Positions 12,201 through 23,700 of a DNA stretch of 64,000 nt are shown here, piece by piece (positions within the stretch are counted from its first letter, which is position 1; each line of letters starts with the position of its first letter). A program made the translations under genes and the position numbers. The notes beneath the pieces are model-generated. The model made no database searches, was not told the origin of the DNA, and saw only the letters and a program-made list of their open reading frames with translations. The DNA comes from Acanthaster planci (Eukaryota), in NCBI RefSeq assembly GCF_001949145.1, contig NW_019091355.1, forward strand, positions 367,720 through 431,719, given 5' to 3'.

Positions 12201-15200
12201 ATGATTGATACTAACAGAATTGAGCCTGTAACCCTCGGAAAAGTTGGTGGGATTGAAATAGTTACTTGGGGTTTTTGTTAACCACAAATTTCCTGGTGGT
12301 TGAATTTTCTTCAGGCTGCCAACGATGGGGAACGTTTCATCCAAGATCTCACCCACAACATCCAGCGTCCCATCGGCTTTGATGCTGTCCTCCGTGTCCG
12401 GACCAGCACTGGTATCCGACCGACTGACTTTTTTGGCAATTTTCACATGGCCAACACCACAGACGTAGAGCTTGCTGCCATTGATAGTGACAAGGCTGTT
12501 ACTGTGGAGATTAAACATGACGATAAATTGACAGAAGATGGAGGGGCTTTTGTACAGGTATCGTCTACTAGTCTCTGTGTGTTTTACAAAGAACTGAATA
12601 TCATCATCCAAGTTAACATTGCAGTACTCTAATATCTCTAGGTTCATGCCACTATTAGGAGTTAATGTCATCAACCTGCTGTGGAGCAATTTGTATCATT
12701 TCTCATGTTAGCTTTTGAGAAGCAGTGCATGTAGTATAAGAACTAAGAAGCCACACCTGGAACACCAGACTTCCCATTTAACCCAAACCCCCAGGGACCA
12801 TTGAAATCATACACATGCTTGTTGGACGCAGAATGGTTAGGGTTAAGATAATAAAAATATGGAAAAGTCATGATTAATTGGGAAAAATAGGGTATCTTGG
12901 AATCCTGTTGTCAGAGAGGAAACAAGTCATGCATGTGAGGGTTATTTTGACGGACTGCTTTTGATGTAATTAACAAATGCTACATTTATTGGCGATAGAG
13001 GTTTTTCATGTGATGTAACATGACAGGTAACACCGTTTCAGGAAGTGTTTCCTTTCCATGGAGGTGTGTGCGTTTTTCAAATGTGTTCATTTCTATTGGT
13101 ATATTTCGTGTATGCAAGAATGTGGAAAGACTTGATTATCTCCAATTATAGCTTACATGTATAATTGCAATTGAAGTGAATGAGGACAAGGGTTTTTTTG
13201 CAGTAAATGTTATAATTGTATCCCTCAAAGTAAGAACAGCTCTTGTGGTGGCTTACATGTAGTACCTGAATCTCCTCCTATAATCAAATAGATGTGCCAC
13301 GAATTGTAGGGAAGTTGTGGCAGACGCAACTTGCAAAACCCTTCAAAGAATGTTTCGTGGATTTTGCATTTCCCCCAAATCACACCCCTGCATAATACCT
13401 AACAATTTTGCTCTGCAAAACAGCAGTTTATGTCATGGAAATTTTCATATTCTAGTGCTGGAAAGTTCTAGAAAAGCCATAGCCTTTGGCTCTCAGATTT
13501 CTGCGGGAATCCTAAATATTCATGAGTTGTCCAAATAGCTCCCTCAACAGTGCATGAATGAATCCATTAGTCATTGTGACACACTTCTCTACATTGCTGC
13601 TTACAGGTTGCTTTGTTGTACACCAGCGTGTCTGGTCAGAGACGATTGCGCATCATCAACCAGTCCTACAACTGTTGCCTTCAGATGGCTGACATGTACC
13701 GCAATTGTGAGATGGATGCTATCATCAATTTCCTCGCCAAGCAAGGTCAGTGGAGGTCAAGTTATTAGGCTGATTGGCTTGCATTTAGAATGTCCTGTGT
13801 TGAAAGAATACTCCCAAGTCCAGGAAAGTCTTCTGGTCAGGGGTAACAATGTAATACAAAGAAACTATGAATGCTTAGTGTTGTGTGTTAAGATAAAATG
13901 TATTGAAATACGCTGCTTTGCTGTCTTTCCTATTCATTTACTTTCCAAAGTGCATGAATTTGAAGCAAGTTGTACTTTTCATTATTTATCTTTGTAGCTG
14001 TGAAATCAGTCTTAACCTCCAACCCTAAGGCTATAAGAGAGGGTCTAACCAATCGCTGTGCAGCCACACTGGCTTGCTATCGCCGTAACTGTGCCAGCCC
14101 TTCATCCCAGGGTCAAGTAAGTTATCTGTTATATGAAATATGGACTAATGCTGCCGTCAGTTGCAAATGAATTTCTATTGGACATACATGAAAAGCTGGC
14201 AAACCTTGGTAGTTATTGCAATATGCACTTCATCGCAAACATTACTTTCCTTCATAAGTATGTCCTTGATACTTATCTAGAGTTTCCCATCTTGTCATTC
14301 AGTGCTCATTTCCTCATCTTATTTGCAATCTTGTCTCTTGTCTCAGTTGATTCTCCCAGAATGTATGAAGCTTCTGCCTCTCTACATCAATTGCATCTTG
14401 AAGAGTGACGCTCTGTCTGGTTGCACAGACATCACCACGGATGATCGTAGCTGGCTCATGGACACAGTCCGTTCCATGGATGTCAGGTCCACTGCTGTCT
14501 ACTTCTATCCAAGACTCATCCCACTGGTAAGTCTTACAGAACCTCTGCAATAAATCCTACACTAAACCATTACTAATAAGAAAATAAACCAGAAACTTAC
14601 ATATTTGATTTGATTTTTTTTATAATTCTTGTAATTTGTGAGGGTTGTGTAGCATCATGTATAAGTTCTGTAGTTAAGTTCAGCACAAGTCCATCGTAAG
14701 TCTGTCTCGAGGTATCTAAATGAACTTGGACAAAGGCAGGTATTCTGTTGTCACTGTTCATTCCCCTACTCATGATTTAACTTGTAAAAGGTCTCGACTA
14801 CAACACTGATTGTAGCTGATATGTAAGAAGATTCAATTCTTGAAGAAAGAGCAGCCACAAACTCATAATTCTATTCAGGAAAAATATTCAGTTTTTCTGT
14901 TGGCTTCGTTCTCATCCAGCACGACTTGAATCCTAACTCGTCTGGCATCCAGACCGCCATCCGTTGTTCTGTGGAGCGTCTTCGTGATAACGGTGTATAT
15001 CTCCTAGAGAATGGCAACGTCATGTTCATGTGGATTGGCTTACATGTCAGCAATGATTGGGTGCAAGACGTCTTTGGTGTCCACTCTCCAGCACAGATTG
15101 ACATTGACTCAAGTAAGCTGCTTCATATGGACAATCCAACATCCCAGGGAGTCCGTAATGTTGTGGAAAAAATCCGCAAGATGAGACCACGATACATGAA

Positions 15201-15676
15201 GGTAAGCCTGAATGAATCAAATGTTCCAGTGATTTAATGAAGGGTAAGCTGTTTTGTGGGCTACAATGCACTATTGCACACTCCCCCCATATTTATCGTA
15301 GCTTTTATCATGTCTGCCCATATCCAAGGGCAATCCTCTGTTGCAGAGTGTTACATGTTTGTGCAAATTCAGTTGAAAATTTGTCAGCATCTCTCAGGAA
15401 AATTCTTGTACTCTCTCAGTGATCGTTGAGCACACAGACCTGTAAACACAAAATGTACACAAAATGTCGATTCCATTGTCTCGCTCTTATCCGTGTTTTG
15501 CCTTAATTTACCAACCTTGATCATTATTTCCCCAGCTGACATTCGTCAGACAGCGAGATACCCTCGAGGCCTGGTTCCGCCACTTCCTTGTTGAAGATAA
15601 AGGTGCTAATGCATCTGCCTCGTACGTTGACTTCCTCATCCACATGCACAAAGAAATCAGGAATCTTCTCAACTAA
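6234..15676 (+). CDS. SEC24C: Protein transport protein Sec24C/D (COPII cargo adaptor), ~1171 aa, 17 coding exons
   Basis: Exons 6234-6703, 7016-7169, 7346-7939, 8251-8362, 8536-8663, 9122-9260, 9637-9877, 10476-10667, 10961-11054, 11253-11369, 11866-12036, 12315-12557, 13607-13745, 13998-14116, 14347-14526, 14920-15201, 15536-15676. All are GT-AG and phase-consistent (3516 nt). Pro/Gln/Gly-rich N-terminus, [23 protein letters not shown], Zn finger CNRC...CAFC, trunk [42 protein letters not shown]-terminal [18 protein letters not shown]. Confidence 0.97.
7388..7900 (+). repeat. Coding tandem repeats in the Sec24 N-terminus: 45-bp unit ([15 protein letters not shown]) x~2.4 and 15-bp [10 protein letters not shown] units
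   Basis: AGTATGTCGGGACCCCCTCCTCATAGCATGTCTGGACCCCCTTCT repeats at 7388, 7433 and partially at 7478. Pentapeptide repeats occupy ~7740-7900. Confidence 0.9.
10256..10429. mobile_element. Palindromic ~170-bp MITE in a SEC24 intron (same family as 57904-58074)
   Basis: Ends AATACTGGTGATTCAC / GTGAATCAACAGTATT are inverted. The interior (CCAATCACAGTGTGCGAAATCTGTCAACCCAATGTGTGTTTGGAAGGG) aligns with the copy at 57.9 kb. Confidence 0.8.
12060..12310 (+). repeat. Diverged tandem duplication (~125 bp x2) forming most of a SEC24 intron
   Basis: TTGAACAAAA, CCTGTAA, GGATTGAA and TTAACYACAAATTTSCTGGTGGTTG each recur ~125 bp apart. Confidence 0.7.
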
Positions 15677-18104
15677 TCACCCCTCTTCAGTTTCAATTCC
15701 ATTGTTTCAGCAGGCTGAAGAATTGCCTCAAGTTGTTGAAGAAGAGTTAAGTAAGTGGAAACCTTAATGGTAACGTCTCATCATCTTGATCACAGAGATG
15801 ATGATACTTGGGAAGGTACTGGCTTGATGTATGGTAGCGTACTATGACTTTTAACCTCACTTTTTTCTTGTCACATTTTGTTTCCTGTGCCACTGATTTG
15901 AGTTAAATTGATACTTGAAACTGAAGTATGAGGGTATTGCATGCAATGATGACAGGTGCTTCTTAGTGAAAGTTAAGACAAGTGGAAATGTCTTGACAAA
16001 ACAGGATTGCAATACAGCATCCATTAAAGTAATTAAAATTCCACTAGAAATGAGGAAGCTACTTGCTGGGGAATTTTCTATTATTTTATGAGTTAAATCC
16101 AAAACTTGTGAACTAACTGGATAGTTCTGGCAGTTGAGCTGTTGGTTTAACAGCCACTGTTTTAGTTGACATGGCAATTAATAAATATTTCACTGTTTGA
16201 ATACTTTACAGGAGCCCCCAAAATGAGTACTACATACAACTTATAGGATGTTGTGGCAAAGTATTTTTTAAATGTGAATAAGGCATTCATTCAGAGAATT
16301 AGCATTTTAGACACACAAATGCTGATCAATGCCTGGGCTTCGTGACTTTTTTGGTAAAGTGACAACTTTATCCGTGCCAGTTTTGGGGATTATTGCAAAG
16401 TTTCATGTATTAGTCCTGTGAAAGTTGAAAGTATACACAAAGCATTCTACATGAGCTTGTGTTCCTGAGATTTTAAGGATAACATATTTTTGATAAAAGT
16501 GTATGTAAAAGTAATTTCATGTGGCAACAATTATAAGGAGGGGCTTAGTAGATATCTTGTGGGATGAAAGTAAACAAAACCCATATGTGAAACCCAGATA
16601 AGATTCATTTCTATTATACTTTAACAATGAAATTACACTTTGTCAAATGTTGTCAAATTCTAATGATCAGCAGTGTAGGATGAAATGTTGACTTAACACC
16701 AGACTTAAATGGATTGTGGAATTTCAAAATTAGGTAAAATAGACAAAAGTCAACTTAGTTCCGTGTTTGGTTTCTTGCAGAAAAAAAACTTCAAATGCAT
16801 TTGTGTGTCATCTATTTCAAAGCGTAAGCATTTTGTAAATATGAAAGGGTCAAAGATGTGTTACTTAATATTATAATTATAAACGTTTATCATTTATGTT
16901 ACAAATGGTCCATTTTTATTTGTTCGCCATGTTTTTCTTTGGTTTTTTCCCCATAGGTTTTTCTGGGAGTATCAAAACTAGGATTGCATTTAATACTCTC
17001 TCGCTTGTAGCCATGTAACTTACCAGTGTAGTGAATATTTTTTTTCAGCTTTTGGTTGTGGTAAAAACTATTCAAAAGCTATCAAGTATGAAAGTTGAAA
17101 ATCTTTCGGACCGCATGCATACTGCACAGATATTGTGAAACTTTAAGGTACTTGTACACGTATACTGAATGCATTAAGATGAATTATCTAAACGAAGTGC
17201 ATTTAAAATGCCTTGTTTTTGTTGCCCCTCCTGTACAATTGTTTTTTCTTTTTCTTCTAAGAATGTTTTCTTATTGATTCTGCAAATGCGGGGTAAATAG
17301 TTAACTTAAGGGCGACGTCAAGCTAAATTGAGAAGTGATGTTCATTGGTCCATGTCGCTGTGAGGGATTGATAAATCTGCAAATCTTTGCTTGTTGAATG
17401 TCCATTACATGCCGAGTAACGGGAACAATGGCTGTATTTTCACAGAAATACACACTGTAATTCAAACTAATTTGAGTGTCTGTACCTACAGGCGTTATGT
17501 CAAACTTTTCAAATTTTCATACTTTGATTTCTTTATCTTCAACCCAGGGACATAAAAGTCCTGTTCGCCTTTTCAACGAATGTTCCATGTAGAAAAATAA
17601 ATCAAAGATTGTATTAAATATAACATTGCAAAAACTGTTCTTGAAACAGGGAGTTGTATTTTGCTGAATCAGTCAAAAATAAATTACTTACTACATGTAT
17701 ATAAATGTGGTAAGAAACATCAAGCTTTTGAAATAGACATGGGGCAATAAACTTTAATTGAAGTTACGTAGTCATGGCCAAAGATCAGATAGCACTGCAA
17801 GATGGAGAACTTCACCGTGAATAAGCGTTGTAATTGCATGGGCGCCAAATTTGGGTTGGACTACACCTGCACAGTGCATGTTAATGCACAGGCGCAGGTG
17901 CCTTGACAGGCACGCACACTTGGTATGGCTGTGCATTAACGTGCACACTCAAATGGCGCTCATGGTGTTAACTCCTTTTTTGCAGAATTCTGTCTTGCGC
18001 TGCTATGCGGTGCTATACTATCTTTGGTTATGGCTGCATGTTTGCATTCAAATAACTAGAGGGAATGAAACATTTTTGAAAGAAATTGTGGGCTGTGTAA
18101 ACAA

Positions 18105-19415
18105 AACAGAGGGAGCTAGACATCTTTTAGGGTGTGCAGCTTGGCATTTGCTTTTTGTCTGGTAGAGGGCTCTAAATATTTAAATAGCAGTTGGTATGAT
18201 GAATATTCTTGAAGTTGTTGATTAAGCTTGGTACCCCGTATATTTATACACGGATTTGAAGCCAAGCTTTCGATTGTGAAGAGAGGGCGCTAGACATCTT
18301 TCACGGTCGGCAGCTCTGTATCAAGCGTCAAATTTGCTTTTATAGAGGGCGCCAAATATCCAGAATGAAATAGTAAGTTATTATTATGATGAATATTCAT
18401 AAGGTTGTTGATTTTGCCTGGTACCCTATACTCATTTATACATAAGTTACCAGGGAATATTGAAAGTGTGGAGAAAGCTTTCGATTGTCAAGAGAGGGCG
18501 CTAGACATCTTTCACGGCCGGCAGCTCTGTATTTAGTGTCAAATTTGCTTTTATNNNNNNNNNNNNNNNNNNNNNNNNNNNNNNNNNNNNNNNNNNNNNN
18601 NNNNNNNNNNNNNNNNNNNNNNNNNNNNNNNNNNNNNNNNNNNNNNNNNNNNNNNNNNNNNNNNNNNNNNNNNNNNNNNNNNNNNNNNNNNNNNNNNNNN
18701 NNNNNNNNNNNNNNNNNNNNNNNNNNNNNNNNNNNNNNNNNNNNNNNNNNNNNNNNNNNNNNNNNNNNNNNNNNNNNNNNNNNNNNNNNNNNNNNNNNNN
18801 NNNNNNNNNNNNNNNNNNNNNNNNNNNNNNNNNNNNNNNNNNNNNNNNNNNNNNNNNNNNNNNNNNNNNNNNNNNNNNNNNNNNNNNNNNNNNNNNNNNN
18901 NNNNNNNNNNNNNNNNNNNNNNNNNNNNNNNNNNNNNNNNNNNNNNNNNNNNNNNNNNNNNNNNNNNNNNNNNNNNNNNNNNNNNNNNNNNNNNNNNNNN
19001 NNNNNNNNNNNNNNNNNNNNNNNNNNNNNNNNNNNNNNNNNNNNNNNNNNNNNNNNNNNNNNNNNNNNNNNNNNNNNNNNNNNNNNNNNNNNNNNNNNNN
19101 NNNNNNNNNNNNNNNNNNNNNNNNNNNNNNNNNNNNNNNNNNNNNNNNNNNNNNNNNNNNNNNNNNNNNNNNNNNNNNNNNNNNNNNNNNNNNNNNNNNN
19201 NNNNNNNNNNNNNNNNNNNNNNNNNNNNNNNNNNNNNNNNNNNNNNNNNNNNNNNNNNNNNNNNNNNNNNNNNNNNNNNNNNNNNNNNNNNNNNNNNNNN
19301 NNNNNNNGAGTTGTTGCTTTTGCCTGGTACCCTTCATGCATTTAAACACAGGTTACCATGGAATGTTAATGGCAGTTGCTCAAATTTCCCACTGTCAAGG
19401 GAGGGCGCTAGAAAT
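18105..19415. repeat. Tandem repeat, ~175-210-bp unit, spanning an assembly gap
   Basis: AGAGGG(C/A)GCTAGACATCTTT...TAGAGGGC...TGATGAATATTC...TGGTACCC...GCTTTCGATTGT recurs at ~18108, ~18280 and ~18491, and resumes after the gap (TGCCTGGTACCC...GGAGGGCGCTAG at ~19320-19412). Confidence 0.85.
18555..19307. other. Assembly gap (run of N)
   Basis: 753 consecutive N bases. Confidence 1.
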
Positions 19416-20638
19416 GAACACTCAATTTGAAGTTTTTGGCAATTACCAAACAACCTGATATAAAAAAATTAAATTTAGTCTACTTTAAAATGAAATATAT
19501 ACTAATCTATTTGTTTTGGATTATATGTAATTAATTCACCTTTTTAACTTTTTTTTTGGGTAAGATCACCGATGTGTTTTATTTTGGTTACTTTAGTAGT
19601 ACGGACGGAACACACAGGGTTGTCGCCTCGAGAAACTTCATCTGTTGAAGACAGGTATTTCTTGACAGGTATTTCTTGTATCTGATCGTGAAGTGAAGAC
19701 GAAGATCAAACAGAATTGCCATTTTAATATCTGCTTCAATCCTCCTGTCCAACATTCTTTCTCCCGTCTATGCCGCCGCTTCTTCCAACATGGCTGTTTT
19801 TGTTTTCCTGTATATTTGGTTTTTCAGCCCAAATATCTAACCTAGTTTTAAAGAAAGAAAATAAGAGCCTATCAGCGCCTCAAGATACACTGATCTTAAG
19901 TTACTGCCCGGCTGGTCTAACCTAGGTTGGTCTAACCTATGTGTGTCTGTTGGTACCCCAAACATTTCCGTGCACGTAGCAATTCCCGAAACGATTCCGT
20001 CACGGACTTCAAAACAACTCACACTTTGTGTTTCTTTTATAAGATAGTATTTTCCCGAGTCTTCTAAATTGTTTACTTCAAACAAGAAAGGTCAAAGTTT
20101 GGCTCCGTAACATTAATTTAACAGCCGTGAAACAAAATCCGATGCTGGCTTTGTATCCTTATGTCCAGCGGGATTATGTTGCAATTACAAAATTTACAAT
20201 TTACGTTTACAATTACAATTTACATACACCAGCGCAGCAAAATTTGGTTGTATCTAGTGTATCCTGTCTTCTGTAAAGTGTTTTTCTTAATTTTGCCTAC
20301 TTTTTTCACTACCCGGAACAGTTTCGTGAAACAGGCATTACTCTAACCCTTGTACCGCGTGGACTAGATTGTTAGGGATAAAGAACTGATTCCATTATCA
20401 ACAAAATGTAAACGATAATTCACTCACAAAACTTTGATTTTGGTGATTGGAACATTTGATTTGAGACGGACGACTCGGAACTTTCAACTGAAACGTTCAA
20501 GTGTCATTACTGATGTGAATCCTGTGAAACAGACTCCATCCATTAATTGTTTAAAATTGTAAATGACCGAAAATCATTACAAAGATTATTCTAACGACGC
20601 CAAAAAAGACAATCAAGGTTACACTCTTCCAAAACCCG

Positions 20639-20711
20639 AGAGGGAATCGATCTCGATCACGCGCTCCAACGGCACAGCCGTTGGAGCGCGTGATCGAGAT
20701 TGATTCCCTCT
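20639..20711. repeat. Near-perfect inverted repeat (35-bp arms, 3-nt loop)
   Basis: AGAGGGAATCGATCTCGATCACGCGCTCCAACGGC-ACA-GCCGTTGGAGCGCGTGATCGAGATTGATTCCCTCT, with a single G:T mismatch. Confidence 0.95.
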
Positions 20712-23700
20712 ACGGACTATACCACTCGGCCATCTCACAAGGAGGTTTAGACACATACTTTCATTACTCAAATAGCCATAATAGACGTCGGTATACTGTG
20801 CACATACTGAAAAATTCCGCGGAGAAAGTACAAGAGATCTCAGATCTCTCAGGTCCGATATTTTGTACAGTAATACAGACTAGTTTTACTAAAATGATTA
20901 CGTTTGAATATGTTACTTTTTCAATCAATGTGTTACTTTTTCAATCGGCGGATATAAATGTTGCCTTATGTTAAATGACTCGCATACATAAAAAGGGGGG
21001 GGAGGGGCGAAACTGAAGTTGGCTTATTTTATCAGATATCTGTGAGATGAGATTGGAAGAGGTAGATCTAAAACACAAGCTCGTGATCAACGACTGCAAT
21101 TCATGTGACAATAAGCACTATACTGACAATGACCATGCTCATGCATTCCTGTTAACGAAATAATAAAAATTACATTGTCCAAGCCTACACGAAATTGAAA
21201 TGAGTTTCTTCGAAATTTATGTTGTATTTCACAGCAAACACAATGTTTTGATTGAAGACTCAAGTCCATAAGGTGTGGATGTAAATGTACACAGTTTTTT
21301 TTCCAAAAGGAGGGGCGATTCTTGTCGCTGCAGCTGATTTCAAAATTTAATGGCGTAAAGATGTATCTGAAAGAATTATTTCCCGATGCAAAACGTCAAT
21401 ATCAAGCCGAAAGACAAATACCAAATTTAAGTTTGTTTACAAGATGACAGTGTCTTACACATTGCCAGAGTTCATCCAAGACAAACACGGGCGTCACTTC
21501 GCGCTACAGTTCCATTATGTAACAGCTTTGACAAAAGACTGGTATTATATAATAACTACGCCCAACACTGTTCTCTGTTCATCCTGTCTTGCTTTAGATG
21601 CCCAATCACCTTTCTTTGTCACATGAGGTATTTGTAACATTCCAAGACTAATTGGCGTAGCTCTGCGTCTAATTAGGGGTCTTCATCTGTCTATTTTCAC
21701 CATTCTTCCAAAATACAGAGACACTTGAGGAGAGTAAGCTTTGTTTATCAGTGCGCATCAAGCAGTGCACGATACAGCTCACTTTCACCTCAACTGCATT
21801 TTTTTTCAGGTTTGAAAACTGAAAAAGATATTGAACATGATCAATAATTTCTTGTGCCAGCAAAGTTTGGGTCACAAATGGGTCTTTAGTATTGTTGAGG
21901 GTGCAGACAGAAGAAAAATCTTGGGCTAAATTGTTAAGATTTAGGGCTCACATACCCGACCTCACCCCATGAGTCCATCCATCAACCGTACTATGACCCT
22001 CGCTCACACCCCGTCCTAAGCAATAACATAATTTGAAACTGAAACGATAATCTTGTCATTTAAGCACATGTATTGTTCTACATAATGTAGTAAACAAGTT
22101 TCCCATAAAACATGAGAAAATGCAATCAATCTGTGCCAATGCTGACGATATATACGTGTATTATGCTTTCGCTACAAGCTGAAGACAATGAAGCATTACT
22201 TTTGCATAATGTAAAATGCTGCCTACTGCTAAAGACTTAAATTTAATGCATTCAATTCCTCTCTACTGCGCTATGTAGTATGGCATAGGAATTCAGCCAT
22301 CACGGCCTGAAAATCGTCCTGCTGGCGTTTCAGTATCCCATTTAATGGAATAAACAAAATTCAATTAAGTGTTGGAAATCACAGTCAGTATGGAGGTCCT
22401 ATTTTTCACAATTTTTACCACCACTTCTTTTCCATAAAATCGCGCCATGGAATACAGTTTTCAGACTTAGCACTCAAACAAAAGGAACAACACGTACAAA
22501 TGTAATCATAACAAGCAGTATTTGAATAACATCTGTACTGTGTTCACAAACCAAACAACGGCAGAGAGCTACATTACAATGAAATAGCAATTACACATAC
22601 GAAGTACGCGAGCGGTATGTTACAGTTAAAATATCTTGTAGGATTTCAATAATTTGGTACAAAACGCAATCAGGGGATGAAAGTGAAAGCAAAAGTCCCT
22701 GTTACCCCTCAACTTAGAAAATTCAACAATGGATATACATTCATCTAACACAAAAGGGTTTGTTCATAAAACAACCCTAAAAATCTGTAACAAAATTAGT
22801 ACTTCCAGACTCGACGGATTTTAACACATATGTAAATATACTAAGACACTCAGAAGTAAAGTCAGTTTTAGTTGAGAACGTCTTTAGTCAAAAGTGGTGA
22901 GAAACATGTCTTGTGTCAAGTTTATTAAGCACTGCCTTTTTTGCAATAAATCAACAATGTCTGTAAACAGATATTGAAGGTGAACCAAGCCAGTCACTAA
23001 CTGACAATATTTGTCACATGATTAAGGACATCAAGTTTTGTGCTTTCTGGCATCAGATATTGTAAAAAAAAATAATACAACAAATAATTTGAAGAAAAGA
23101 AAACTTTATTCTCAGGTGATGAGCTTGGGAAAAGTAAGCATATTCTCTCTCTGTTGGGCTAAAACTTAATTCAAATACTATACTCTGTCCACGAAAGGTT
23201 GAAACATTTAGTTACCGACGTGCAAAAGCTAGACATGCATTAACTATACATGACAAACACAGTACTTGATTAAAAATGTACATGCAGCCACAACTATTTG
23301 TAACTAAAATATAATTTGGAGTATATCCATAGATATATTTGGAATGGCTTATTGCAAGCAATTTGAGAATTATACTAATGTTAAACTATATTATTATTTC
23401 AGTACATATACAACATTAACACTTTCAACAAACTTTCAGTAAATTCTAGAATGGAGTTTGGAATACATTTCATCACACTACAAGCATCAGTGAATACAAT
23501 TTAGAATCATTTTGTATAGAAGAATAAACCGACAGACATCACTTTTTCAAATCATGCTTCCCATATTTGTTGTAGTCATGGAAACTACTTAGGCATGGTT
23601 TCTGGACTTCAACAAAAATTGTTAATTTTCCTCAGGCAAACGCCATGGTACAAGGGAAAAAATGTTCGAAACTCAGGAGGAAATTCCCATTGAACCATAA

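Noticed and set aside
18436..19349. Three long ORFs in the ORF track
   Set aside because: Artefacts of translating the N gap.
19600..19830. Promoter- or exon-like CpG patch with a GACAGGTATTTCTT duplication
   Set aside because: No ORF or splice partner could be assigned; insufficient evidence.
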